Shown here piece by piece: positions 42,544 through 51,152 of a stretch of DNA of 64,000 nucleotides. Origin of the DNA: Verrucomicrobiota bacterium (GTDB lineage: Bacteria; Verrucomicrobiota; Verrucomicrobiia; Opitutales; Opitutaceae); assembly GCA_031404135.1 (NCBI GenBank), contig JANNHA010000071.1:6198-70197 (forward strand), in the 5' to 3' direction. Under the pieces are notes generated by a model. The model worked only from the letters and a program-made list of their open reading frames with translations. It was not told the DNA's origin and did no database searches. The first letter of the stretch is position 1. Every line of letters begins with the position of its first letter. The position numbers and the translations under genes are program-made.

Positions 42544-44349
42544 TTAGAAAATGAAGAGGTAAGCCAGGAGCAGCAGGGCGCTGAGGCCGAAGGCTGCGGT
42601 GAGATTTTGCTGGAGCGCACCGCGTTGGGCACCGCGCAATCGGGCACCAAAGTTACGAACGCCGGTGGCGAATCCGTCGACGATACCGTCGATCACGGCG
42701 CTGTCGAAAACGCCGACGAGGCGCGAGGTGCGCATGAGCGGGATCAGGCCGCCGGCGTTGTAGATTTCACCGACGAAGGTATCTACGGCTTGGATCGGTT
42801 TTTTGGCGAGCCAGAGGAAAGCGGGGCCGCCTTTGCGCCAGAGGATGTCGAGGTCGAGCGAGATCTTGGCCTCGGGCGTGAGTTTTTTCAGCATCAGGAA
42901 GAAGCCGAGCGCGGTGAAGAGGAGGATCTGCAATGTCTCCATCACGTGGTTCGTGTTGTACGGCTGATACGGATGCGCAAGCGTCTGAGGTAATTTGTCG
43001 TAGAGGTAGGGCGTGTAGCTGCCGATGAAGATACAGAGGAAGGCGGCGATGCCCATGGCCAACGTCATGTTCCAGACCGGGTCTTTGGCTTTCTCCCAAG
43101 TCGCAGGCTTGCAGTTGTTTTTTCCGAAGAAAATGTAGTAAGGAACCTTCAGACCGGTGTGTAGGAAGGTGCCGGCGGAGGCGAGCATGAGGAGGAAGCC
43201 GACCCAGAGCATGTGGCTGTCAAAGCCGGCCTGCACGATCATCGACTTCGAAACGAAACCACTGAAAAGCGGGAAAGCCGAGATGGAGAGACCGCCGATG
43301 AGCGTCAGGATGAACGTCAATGGCATCTTTTTGTAGAGGCCGCCCAGTTCGGTGAATTTGCTTTCGCCGGTCTGGTGGAGGACGGTGCCGCAGCCCATGA
43401 AGAGCAGGCCCTTGTAGAGAATGTGGGCGAAGGCGTGGGCGCAGACGCCGTTGAAGGCGAGGCGGCCGAAGTCGGTGTCGAGTTTGGCGAGGCCAACACC
43501 AGCGACCATGTAACCGACTTGAGAAATAACGTGGTAGGCGAGGAGGCGCCGGCTGTCGTTTTCGAGCACGGCGTAAACGACACCGTAGAGCGCCATGATG
43601 ACGCCGAGCGGGATTAAGATATCGAAACCGGGGACGCCGCGCAGGAGGGCGTACACGGCGGTTTTCGTGGTGAAGGCGCACATGAACACCGAACCATTGA
43701 AAGTCGCTTCACCGTAGGCGTCGGGCAACCAGGCGTGCAGCGGCGGAACAGCGGCGTTGAGGAGAAAGCCGATGGTGATCAACCACGTGCCAGCGGTAGG
43801 GCTGAGGACGTCGAGCGCGTTGAAGGCGAGGCTGCCGGTGGCGCGGTACGTCAGCATGATGCCGGCGAGGAGTGCGACACCCCCTGCCATGTGAACGAGC
43901 AAGTAGCGATAGCCCGCGGCACCGGAGCGGCTGCTTTTGCGGAACCAGATGAGGAACGTCGAGGCGATGGCCATGACTTCCCAGAAGAGGAAGAGCGTGA
44001 TGAAATCGCCGGCGTAGAGCGCGCCAATCGAACCAGCGACATAGGTCCAAGCGGCGATGTGCTCGGCGGCGCGTTTCACGTGCAGGCCGTAGAGCGTGCC
44101 GATAATCGCCATCAGGCCCATGATGTAGCCGAAGACTTGGCTGAGCGGATCGACACGGCCGAAGGTGAGCGCGATTTCCTTGGTGAAATGAATTTCGCCG
44201 AAGGTGCCCGAGTTCATCGTGACGATGCGGGCGAACGCCAGAATCGGGATAAGCAACAGCCAGCCTTTGCGAGCGGCTTGTGGGACAAGCGGGAGGAGAA
44301 CGGCGCCGATCAAAAAAATCAGCGAAGGGTGGATCCAGAGATCACTCAT
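42544..44349 (-). CDS. nuoL: Antiporter-like subunit with a NuoL/MrpA-type C-terminal lateral-helix segment
   Basis: 601 aa. MrpD/NuoN-like core (FLFWEVMAIASTFLIWF) plus C-terminal FDSAVIDGIVDGFATGVRNFGARLRGAQRGALQQNL followed by a final TM, the NuoL transverse-helix pattern. Confidence 0.65.
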   Translation of the reverse strand: MSDLWIHPSLIFLIGAVLLPLVPQAARKGWLLLIPILAFARIVTMNSGTFGEIHFTKEIALTFGRVDPLSQVFGYIMGLMAIIGTLYGLHVKRAAEHIAAWTYVAGSIGALYAGDFITLFLFWEVMAIASTFLIWFRKSSRSGAAGYRYLLVHMAGGVALLAGIMLTYRATGSLAFNALDVLSPTAGTWLITIGFLLNAAVPPLHAWLPDAYGEATFNGSVFMCAFTTKTAVYALLRGVPGFDILIPLGVIMALYGVVYAVLENDSRRLLAYHVISQVGYMVAGVGLAKLDTDFGRLAFNGVCAHAFAHILYKGLLFMGCGTVLHQTGESKFTELGGLYKKMPLTFILTLIGGLSISAFPLFSGFVSKSMIVQAGFDSHMLWVGFLLMLASAGTFLHTGLKVPYYIFFGKNNCKPATWEKAKDPVWNMTLAMGIAAFLCIFIGSYTPYLYDKLPQTLAHPYQPYNTNHVMETLQILLFTALGFFLMLKKLTPEAKISLDLDILWRKGGPAFLWLAKKPIQAVDTFVGEIYNAGGLIPLMRTSRLVGVFDSAVIDGIVDGFATGVRNFGARLRGAQRGALQQNLTAAFGLSALLLLAYLFIF

Positions 44350-44689
44350 TGTAGAAATCCTCCCGGGCCATGATCTCTGTGCGACCGACTTTCAGGTGTC
44401 CGTACCATTTGGATACGTAAACGATGATGGCACAGGCGATGAAACCGAAGACCGACCAGAAGACCGGAATCGTTTCGGCGATATGGTAAAGTTGGGCCCA
44501 GAAACCGTGCGCGGCTTCAGCGGCGTGGGCGGCGGGCGCAGCGTGTTCGGTCGCGGCGGCGGCGTGGCCGTGCGAAAGTAGTACGCGGGCAATGTCGGCG
44601 ACGACGAGGAGCGCGAGCAGGCCGATGCTGACCTTGATCACAAGGCCGAGCCGGTCGCGCAGAAAATCTATAAAGCGTACGAGGTTCAT
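44342..44689 (-). CDS. Small 2-TM protein with a His/Ala-rich loop, embedded in the nuo operon
   Basis: 115 aa. Ends overlap both neighbours (ATGA-type couplings). TM1 VIKVSIGLLALLVVADI, loop HGHAAAATEHAAPAAHAAEAAHG, TM2 IPVFWSVFGFIACAIIVYV. No family recognised. Confidence 0.5.
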   Translation of the reverse strand: MNLVRFIDFLRDRLGLVIKVSIGLLALLVVADIARVLLSHGHAAAATEHAAPAAHAAEAAHGFWAQLYHIAETIPVFWSVFGFIACAIIVYVSKWYGHLKVGRTEIMAREDFYNE

Positions 44690-46167
44690 CAGAATACCGC
44701 TTTCGCGAGGTTAAGGAAAAGGTCGGGCCAGAAACCGATGACGATGGAGATGACGGCCGTGATGCAGAGCGGGATGACCATCGAAGGATGGGCTTCGCCG
44801 TGGAGATGATGTTCGTCTTCGTGCGAGAGTTTACCGAAGAACGCGGTGTAAACGACGGGGGCGAAATACGCGGCGTTGAGGATCGTCGAAACGACGAGGA
44901 TCACGAGGATGCCGATCTGGCCGGCGTCCATCGAGCCGACGAGTAGGTAGATCTTGGATACGAAACCACCGGAGCCGGGCACGCCGATCATCGAGAGCGA
45001 GGCGAGAGCGAAGGCGCCAAAGGTGAACGGCATCACGCGACCGAGGCCGGACATTTCGGAAATGTCTTTTTTGTGGGTGGCGACGAAGATCGCGCCAGCG
45101 CAGAAGAACAGCGTGATCTTGGCGAAAGCGTGCGTGGCGATGTGGAGCAGGCCGCCTTCGACACCGGTCGGCGTGAGCAACGCGACACCGAGGACGATGT
45201 ACGAGAGTTGCGAGACGGTGGAGTAGGCGAGCCGGGCTTTGAGGTTGTCCTTTGAAAGCGCGATGACCGAACCAGCAAGAATCGTGAAGCCGACGAAGTA
45301 GGCGGTCGGGATGCCGAGGTTGAAGGCGTGCATCGTATCGACGCCGAAACCGTAGAGCATGACGCGCGTGGTGGAGAACACGCCGACCTTCACGACGGCG
45401 ACGGCATGGAGCAGCGCGGAGACGGGTGTCGGGGCGACCATGGCGCTCGGGAGCCACGAGTGGAACGGCATGATGCCGTTCTTCGCGAAGCCGAGGATGC
45501 AGGCGGCGTAGGCGCCGGTGACGAGCCAGCGGTTAGCGCCAGCGAGGCCAGCGATTCCGTCATGGACGTTAGTGGGAAAATCGAGCGAGCCAGTCAGTAC
45601 GTAGATGAGCACCATGGCCGGGAGCACGAGGCCCTTGGCGGTGGTGGTCAGGTAGGTCATGTACTTGCGGGCACCTTCGTAGCCCTCGGCGTCCTGATGG
45701 TGTCCAACGAGTGGATACGTGACGATCGAGACGACTTCATAGAAGAAGTACATCGTCAGGAGATTGTCGGAAAAGGCGCAACCGATGGCGCCGAAAAGCG
45801 AGAGCGCGAAGCAGGTGTTGAAGCGCGTCTGGTTCGGCTCGTGGTGACCGCGCATGTAGCCGGCCGAGTAAAACACGGCGAGCACCCAGAGGAGTGAGGC
45901 GGCGCCGGCGAAGATCATCGACATGGCGTCGGCGCGCAGCGTGAGGCTGAGGCCGGGCAGCAACTGGAACAGCGTGAACTTCAGCGTGTGTCCGGCTTTG
46001 ATTGCGGGATACATCGACGCGATGAGGCCGAACATCACCAGCGCGGCAATGACGGAGCAGGCTTCGCGCAGATTGGGTTTCTTGCCGGTCGCCATGACTG
46101 CGGCGGCACCGATGATCGGTGCGAGGATGGCGTAGAGCAGGCGTGGGTCGTGTTGAATCGTTTCCAT
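44689..46167 (-). CDS. Additional antiporter-like (NuoL/MrpA N-terminal-core-like, PF00361-type) subunit without a lateral helix
   Basis: 492 aa. LSLTLRADAMSMIF...FYSAGYMRGHHEPNQTRF...NLLTMYFFYEVVSIVTYPLVG resembles the NuoL/MrpA core (YSxGYM). It stops after about 14 TM helices. Confidence 0.7.
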   Translation of the reverse strand: METIQHDPRLLYAILAPIIGAAAVMATGKKPNLREACSVIAALVMFGLIASMYPAIKAGHTLKFTLFQLLPGLSLTLRADAMSMIFAGAASLLWVLAVFYSAGYMRGHHEPNQTRFNTCFALSLFGAIGCAFSDNLLTMYFFYEVVSIVTYPLVGHHQDAEGYEGARKYMTYLTTTAKGLVLPAMVLIYVLTGSLDFPTNVHDGIAGLAGANRWLVTGAYAACILGFAKNGIMPFHSWLPSAMVAPTPVSALLHAVAVVKVGVFSTTRVMLYGFGVDTMHAFNLGIPTAYFVGFTILAGSVIALSKDNLKARLAYSTVSQLSYIVLGVALLTPTGVEGGLLHIATHAFAKITLFFCAGAIFVATHKKDISEMSGLGRVMPFTFGAFALASLSMIGVPGSGGFVSKIYLLVGSMDAGQIGILVILVVSTILNAAYFAPVVYTAFFGKLSHEDEHHLHGEAHPSMVIPLCITAVISIVIGFWPDLFLNLAKAVF

Positions 46168-46171
46168 TGGC

Positions 46172-46498
46172 TCAGCCCTTCAGTTCGTTAAGATCCTTGG
46201 AGGCAATCGAGCGATAATTGCGGTACACGGCGATGATGATGCTGAGGGTGATGGCCACTTCGGCGGCGGCCAGGCCCATGATAAAGAGAACGGCGATCTG
46301 GCCGACGGATTGGTCGGGCGCGGTGAAACGGTTGAGCGCCATGAAATTCAACGACGCGGCGGCGAAGATGAGTTCGCCGGAGATCAGCATGCCGATGAGT
46401 GTGCGACGGCGAACCAGGCCGTAGATGCCCGTGGCGAGGAGGAAGGCGGCGACCACGAGGTACGCGGCGGGTTGGGTGTAAAGTTGGGCGGGGTTCAT
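46172..46498 (-). CDS. nuoK: NADH:quinone oxidoreductase-like complex, subunit K
   Basis: 108 aa, 3 TM. LISGELIFAAASLNFMAL and GLAAAEVAITLSIIIAVYR, typical of NuoK. Confidence 0.85.
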   Translation of the reverse strand: MNPAQLYTQPAAYLVVAAFLLATGIYGLVRRRTLIGMLISGELIFAAASLNFMALNRFTAPDQSVGQIAVLFIMGLAAAEVAITLSIIIAVYRNYRSIASKDLNELKG

Positions 46499-46512
46499 GG
46501 CGCTTCGCTAAT

Positions 46513-46613
46513 GCAGAATGATGAATGAAGAATGTAGAATGGTTTCGGCAGGCGGAGGGTTTTCGGTGGGTTGGTTTTCATTCTGCCTCCTTCATTCTGC
46601 CTTCTTCATTTTC
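46513..46613. repeat. Inverted pair of GAATG-type heptamer arrays in the nuoJ-nuoK gap
   Basis: Left arm CAGAATG ATGAATG AAGAATG TAGAATG (46514-46541). Right arm TTTTCATTCTGCCTCCTTCATTCTGCCTTCTTCATTTTC, which overlaps the last codons of nuoJ. Confidence 0.7.
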
Positions 46614-47144
46614 TTTAATTCTCCCGGAACGGGCGATCACGAGGGCGCCGAGGATGGCGACGAGGAGCACGAGCGAGATGAGTTCAAAGGGCACGCTGTA
46701 CGTGGTGAGCAGGCGGATGCCGATGTCTTTGACGGAGCCTTCGCTCACGAGGGTGGCGGGGGCCTGCCAGTTGCCGCTGAGGCTGAGTTTGGCGATGCCG
46801 AGAAATACACCAGCACCAATCGCCAGAGAAACGAGCGGCGCGATAACCGGGTACGGTTTGGTGAAGTTCTCGGGAGCGGCTTCGTCAGGTTCGGTGAGCA
46901 TGACACCGAAGATAATGGTCACGCAAACGGCGCCGATATAGATCAGGATTTCCATCAGCGCGAGGAACGGGCTGTTGAGGAAATAGAAAAGGCCGGCGAG
47001 GCCGAGGGAGGCGATGGCGAGGCCGCACACGCTGCGAATAATGCGCTTGGTGCAGGCGGCGATGAGCGCGCCCGTAACTGTGATGGCGATACAACCGATG
47101 AAAATGGCGGCGACGATCCAGTCGGAGAAAGGGAAGGCGTTCAT
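46578..47144 (-). CDS. nuoJ: NADH:quinone oxidoreductase-like complex, subunit J
   Basis: The start MNAFPFSDW at 47144 makes an ATGA overlap with the nuoI stop. FLALMEILIYIGAVCVTIIFGVML is the NuoJ core. The ORF is open to 47321. Confidence 0.8.
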   Translation of the reverse strand: MNAFPFSDWIVAAIFIGCIAITVTGALIAACTKRIIRSVCGLAIASLGLAGLFYFLNSPFLALMEILIYIGAVCVTIIFGVMLTEPDEAAPENFTKPYPVIAPLVSLAIGAGVFLGIAKLSLSGNWQAPATLVSEGSVKDIGIRLLTTYSVPFELISLVLLVAILGALVIARSGRIKENEEGRMKEAE

Positions 47145-47713
47145 GGCTGGGAGCTGGGAGCTGGGAGCGAGGAGCTCGGAGACGGAATGGCTGCGGCTGG
47201 TTCGGCTGCGGGCGAAGCGGCGGGGGCGGCGACTGCGGCGGGGGCGTAAGGATCGTAGGGCGTTTTGCCGACGCGGGTAACCTGGTCTTTGTAGCGTTGG
47301 ACGAGGTCCATGTTGGCCCATTGGTTCGGCAAGCTGGCCAGGTTGTAGCGATTCGAATGTTGGATCGCGTCAAACGGGCAGGCTTCGATGCAGAGTGAAC
47401 AGAGCGAGCAAAGTGTGTAGTCGAGTTTGTAGCTAGTGACGGTTTTGCCTTTTTCGCCGGCGGGCTTGATGCCGTCGAGCACGATGCAGTCGGACGGGCA
47501 GGCTTTGGCGCAGAGGTTGCACGCGGTGCAGTTGGGTTTGCCGGTTTCTTCGTTCCACTTCAGCTCGATGTGGCCACGGAACTTCTTCGCGATCGTCAGC
47601 GTCTGGTGCGGATAGTGCGTGGTTATGGTCGGGCTGAAGAATTGCTTGATCGTGATCGTCAGACCCGTGAGGAGAGACAGGAACCCGGAGAATGTTTCGG
47701 TGACGAGATTCAT
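47141..47713 (-). CDS. nuoI: NADH:quinone oxidoreductase-like complex, subunit I (2x[4Fe-4S])
   Basis: CTACNLCAKACP and CSLCSLCIEACP ferredoxin motifs. Unusual Pro/Ala/Ser-rich C-terminal tail. Confidence 0.9.
   Translation of the reverse strand: MNLVTETFSGFLSLLTGLTITIKQFFSPTITTHYPHQTLTIAKKFRGHIELKWNEETGKPNCTACNLCAKACPSDCIVLDGIKPAGEKGKTVTSYKLDYTLCSLCSLCIEACPFDAIQHSNRYNLASLPNQWANMDLVQRYKDQVTRVGKTPYDPYAPAAVAAPAASPAAEPAAAIPSPSSSLPAPSSQP
47145..47186. repeat. In-frame heptamer array (GGCTGGG AGCTGGG AGCTGGG AGCGAGG AGCTCGG AGACGGA) at the nuoI 3' end
   Basis: Six 7-nt units encode the tail ...SPSSSLPAPSSQP. The reverse complement resembles the CTCGCTCC arrays inside rhs. Confidence 0.65.
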
Positions 47714-47719
47714 GGGCGT

Positions 47720-48826
47720 TTAGAAAAGGCGGGGCAGTTTGAGCGTCACGCTCGTGAGGAGCAGCGTGAGCAGGGAGAGCGGAATCAGGATCTTCCAGGA
47801 AAGGTTGAGCAGGCCGTAGAATTGCGTGCGGGGGAAAGTCCAGCGGACCCAAACCACGCTAAAGATCAGGAAATACATTTTGAAGAAGAAGCAGAGGACG
47901 CCGATCAGCGTGCCCCAGATTCCCAATGAGCTTAGGTGCGTGCCGACCCATGGGCCCAGGCCGCTCTGCCAGCCGCCGAGGAAGAGGAGCGTCGCGAGCG
48001 CGCAACCGACGACGATGTTGGCGTACTCGGCCATGAAGAAAACGCCGAAGCCCATGCCGCCGTATTCGGTGAAGGCACCGGCGACGAGTTCGCTCTCGGC
48101 TTCGGCCATGTCGAAGGGAGCGCGGTTCGTTTCGGCCAGCATGCAGATGTAGAAAATGAGGAACGTGATTGGCGCGAAAATGTTGCCGCCGATATGACCC
48201 CAGCCGCCACCGCTAAAGTCCCAAATGCCACGGAGAATATTCCAGTTCCAGAAACCGCCGCCTTGTTGAACGATGATTTCCTGGAGGTTCAACGTGCCGG
48301 TGACCATGATCATGGTGATCACGACGAGCAGCATGGGGATTTCGTAGGCGACGTTTTGCGAAACGACGCGGGCTGCGGAGATGATCGCGTATTTGTTGCG
48401 CGAGGCCCAGCCACCGAGCATGAGCGCCATCACATTGATAGAGCCAAAAGAGAACACCATCAATAGGCCGATGTTGAGATCGCGAGCGAGGACGTTGTCG
48501 CCAAACGGAATCGCGGCGAGGCACACGAGCGGCGGCGCGATGACCATGAGCGGTGCGGCCCAGAAAAGGATTTTGTCGCTGCCCGGAGGTGCCATCAGCT
48601 GTTTCGAAAGGAGCTTGATGCCGTCGGCGGGCGGCTGGAGCAGGCCTGCCCAACCGGATTCAGTTGGACCGGGGCGGCGTTGGAAACGGCCGGCGCCTTT
48701 GCGCTCGACCCACACGAGGTAGGCAGCGTTGGCGGCGACGAAACCGCAGATGCCTAGGAGGTAGATAAGGCTCCGGCTCAGTACGCCCCAAGGTGTGGCA
48801 AAGAAGTGGGTAAGGCTTTCGATCAT
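47720..48826 (-). CDS. nuoH: NADH:quinone oxidoreductase-like complex, subunit H
   Basis: 368 aa polytopic protein. WVERKGAGRFQRRPGP and NRAPFDMAEAESELVAG, the NuoH signatures. Confidence 0.9.
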   Translation of the reverse strand: MIESLTHFFATPWGVLSRSLIYLLGICGFVAANAAYLVWVERKGAGRFQRRPGPTESGWAGLLQPPADGIKLLSKQLMAPPGSDKILFWAAPLMVIAPPLVCLAAIPFGDNVLARDLNIGLLMVFSFGSINVMALMLGGWASRNKYAIISAARVVSQNVAYEIPMLLVVITMIMVTGTLNLQEIIVQQGGGFWNWNILRGIWDFSGGGWGHIGGNIFAPITFLIFYICMLAETNRAPFDMAEAESELVAGAFTEYGGMGFGVFFMAEYANIVVGCALATLLFLGGWQSGLGPWVGTHLSSLGIWGTLIGVLCFFFKMYFLIFSVVWVRWTFPRTQFYGLLNLSWKILIPLSLLTLLLTSVTLKLPRLF

Positions 48827-48856
48827 CGAAGTGGCGGGAGAGACGGTGGCGAAGGG

Positions 48857-49984
48857 TTAGCGATCGATGTCGGGGATGACGAGGTCGAGGCTGGCCATTA
48901 GGGAAATCGCGTCGGCGAGCATCATGCCTTGCGAGGCTTCCTCGAAGAGCGACAGGTTGGTGAAACACGGTGTGCGCAGGCGGATGCGGTAGGCTTCTTC
49001 TTTGCCGTCGCTGGTGATGCGTATGAGCAGGCGACCACGGCCGCACTCGGTGGCGAAACAAGTGTCACCGACAGGAAGTTTTAGCACGCGCGGCACTTTG
49101 CCCTGGAACGGACCTTCGGGGATCTTCGCGCAGGCTTGCTCGATGATGCGGAGGGATTGCTCAATCTCATCCATGCGGACGAGGTAGCGGGCGAGCGAGT
49201 CGCACTCGTTGTAGACAGGGATGTCGAAGTCGAACTGGTTGTAGATCGAGTACGGTTCGGCTTTGCGGACGTCGTAGTTGACGCCGGAGCCGCGCAGGAC
49301 CGGGCCGCAGGCGCCGTATTTGCGGCACATCTCGGCGCTGATCGGGCCGATGCCTTCGACGCGTTTGCGGAAGATGATATTTCCGGTGACGAGCTTTTTG
49401 TACATTTTCATGCGTTTGCGCATGTAGGGTACAAAGGCTTTGGAGCCGTCGATAAAATCCTGATCAACGTCATCGCACACGCCGCCGAAACGGTAGTAGC
49501 AATACGTCAGGCGCGAGCCGGTGATCGCTTCGAGCAGATCGAGAATTTTCTCGCGATCATCGAATGCGTACAGGATCGGGGTGAAACCGCCGAGATCCAT
49601 GATCCACGCGCCCCAACCGACGAGATGGCTGGAGATACGGTTGAGTTCGGAAGTGATGACGCGGATGTACTCGGCGCGGAGCGGGACTTCGATTTTGGCG
49701 GCTTTTTCCACGGCACCGACGAAGGCGTGCGTGTAAGTCATGGCCGAGAGGTAATCGATGCGGCTCGTGTTAGGCAGGTACTGCGCGTAGGTGCGGTTTT
49801 CGCCCATCTTTTCGTGCATGCGGTGGATGTAGCCGGGCACGGGCTGGGCGTTGACGATGAACTCGCCGTCCATCTCGAGCTTCACGCGCAACACGCCGTG
49901 GGTCGCGGGATGTTGCGGCCCCAGATTGATCGTGAACGTTTCGGCGGAAGGATCGCCGACGGGAATGAGCTTGGGGATGTTCAC
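48857..49984 (-). CDS. nuoD: NADH:quinone oxidoreductase-like complex, subunit D
   Basis: 375 aa. NLGPQHPATHGVLRV near the N terminus and C-terminal DLVIPDIDR. Confidence 0.9.
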   Translation of the reverse strand: MNIPKLIPVGDPSAETFTINLGPQHPATHGVLRVKLEMDGEFIVNAQPVPGYIHRMHEKMGENRTYAQYLPNTSRIDYLSAMTYTHAFVGAVEKAAKIEVPLRAEYIRVITSELNRISSHLVGWGAWIMDLGGFTPILYAFDDREKILDLLEAITGSRLTYCYYRFGGVCDDVDQDFIDGSKAFVPYMRKRMKMYKKLVTGNIIFRKRVEGIGPISAEMCRKYGACGPVLRGSGVNYDVRKAEPYSIYNQFDFDIPVYNECDSLARYLVRMDEIEQSLRIIEQACAKIPEGPFQGKVPRVLKLPVGDTCFATECGRGRLLIRITSDGKEEAYRIRLRTPCFTNLSLFEEASQGMMLADAISLMASLDLVIPDIDR

Positions 49985-50655
49985 GCTTTGAAATCCTTTA
50001 ACAACGGGTGGTAGGTGGCATCGTCAGGCAACATGAAAGGCGAGAGGTCGCGGTGGCCAATGAAGTCGATGCCGAAAAAGTCGTGGGTCTCGCGCTCGTG
50101 CCAGTCAGCGCCGGGGAAAACTTTAGAGATAGTGGCTATCTTTGGATCGTTGCGCGCGATGCGGGCGCGATAGGCGACGCGTTCGCCGGTCTGGAAATGG
50201 AGAAAATCGTAGATGACTTCGAGCAGGCCCTGAGTTGGCCAGTCCATGCCGGTGACGGCGTCGATGGCGTAACCGGCGCGATCCATGATTTCTGCGGCGG
50301 CGACGACGTGGGCGGGTTCGACGGTGACTTCGAGATGCAGCCCCTTGTCCTCGAATTTCCAGATTTGTACTGGTTTTGGAAGAGGCGGAGGTGGCGCGAC
50401 CGGAGCGGGGGCGGGCTTCGCGGCGGCGGGTTTAGGTGCAGGCGCTGGAGCGGCGGGAGCGGCGGACGGCCCGGCAGGGACGGCGACGGAGCGGCTCGAC
50501 GCGAGGTCGAGCCCTACGACGGAGGGCGCAGCGGGAGCGGCGGCGGGTTTTGGCGCTGGCGCAGGTTTCGGGACGAGCGCGGGCGGCAGCTGGACCATCT
50601 CTTTGACGGCCAGCGGCTCGAATTCTTTGGCGAGTTGTTCGATGGAGCTGCTCAT
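49981..50655 (-). CDS. nuoC: NADH:quinone oxidoreductase-like complex, subunit C, with a Pro/Ala-rich N-terminal extension
   Basis: C-terminal 120 aa is NuoC-like ([22 protein letters not shown]). The N-terminal 100 aa or so is low-complexity [11 protein letters not shown]-type sequence. Confidence 0.8.
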   Translation of the reverse strand: MSSSIEQLAKEFEPLAVKEMVQLPPALVPKPAPAPKPAAAPAAPSVVGLDLASSRSVAVPAGPSAAPAAPAPAPKPAAAKPAPAPVAPPPPLPKPVQIWKFEDKGLHLEVTVEPAHVVAAAEIMDRAGYAIDAVTGMDWPTQGLLEVIYDFLHFQTGERVAYRARIARNDPKIATISKVFPGADWHERETHDFFGIDFIGHRDLSPFMLPDDATYHPLLKDFKA

Positions 50656-51152
50656 GGCATTTCGACGGTGGGCCAGCGGCGTTTGCCGGTGAGCTTTTTC
50701 TCAAGTTCAATGATGCCCTCGATCAAGGCTTCGGGGCGGGGCGGGCAGCCGGGGACGTACACGTCGACGGGGAAAAGTTTATCCACGCCTTCGACGACGG
50801 AATATTGGCCAGGATAGACGAACGGGCCACCGGAGATGGCGCAGTTGCCCATGGCGATGACCCATTTTGGCTCTAGCATCTGGTCATAGAGCGTCTTGAT
50901 AGCGGGGGCCATTTTCTTGTTGACCGTGCCGGCGACGATCATGACGTCGGCCTGACGGGGAGAGGGGCGAAAGACTTCGGCGCCGAAGCGCGAGAGGTCG
51001 AAACGGGCCATGCCGGTGGACATCATTTCGATGGCGCAACAGGCGAGACCGAAAGTGAGGGGCCAGAGCGAATTCGCGCGCCCGAGGGCGAGCAGATCGT
51101 CGAGCATCGCAAATTTTACGATTTGCGAGGTGTCGGGTTGCGTCGTGTCCAT
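50652..51152 (-). CDS. nuoB: NADH:quinone oxidoreductase-like complex, subunit B
   Basis: [28 protein letters not shown] and PGCPPRPE (N2 cluster ligands). The ATG at 51152 is preferred. The ORF is open to 51236. Confidence 0.9.
   Translation of the reverse strand: MDTTQPDTSQIVKFAMLDDLLALGRANSLWPLTFGLACCAIEMMSTGMARFDLSRFGAEVFRPSPRQADVMIVAGTVNKKMAPAIKTLYDQMLEPKWVIAMGNCAISGGPFVYPGQYSVVEGVDKLFPVDVYVPGCPPRPEALIEGIIELEKKLTGKRRWPTVEMP

Noticed and set aside
41920-46191. Series of long plus-strand ORFs (41920-42993, 43735-44373, 45328-45897, 45988-46191 and others) across the nuoL/M region
   Set aside because: All are antisense to well-supported polytopic Nuo subunits. Their translations are Arg/Asp/Glu/Gly-rich low-complexity sequence. 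No independent start or stop context supports them.
49136-50817. 292-aa and 269-aa plus-strand ORFs antisense to nuoD/nuoC/nuoB
   Set aside because: Shadow ORFs. The minus-strand products carry exact NuoD/NuoC/NuoB signatures, whereas these do not resemble any family.
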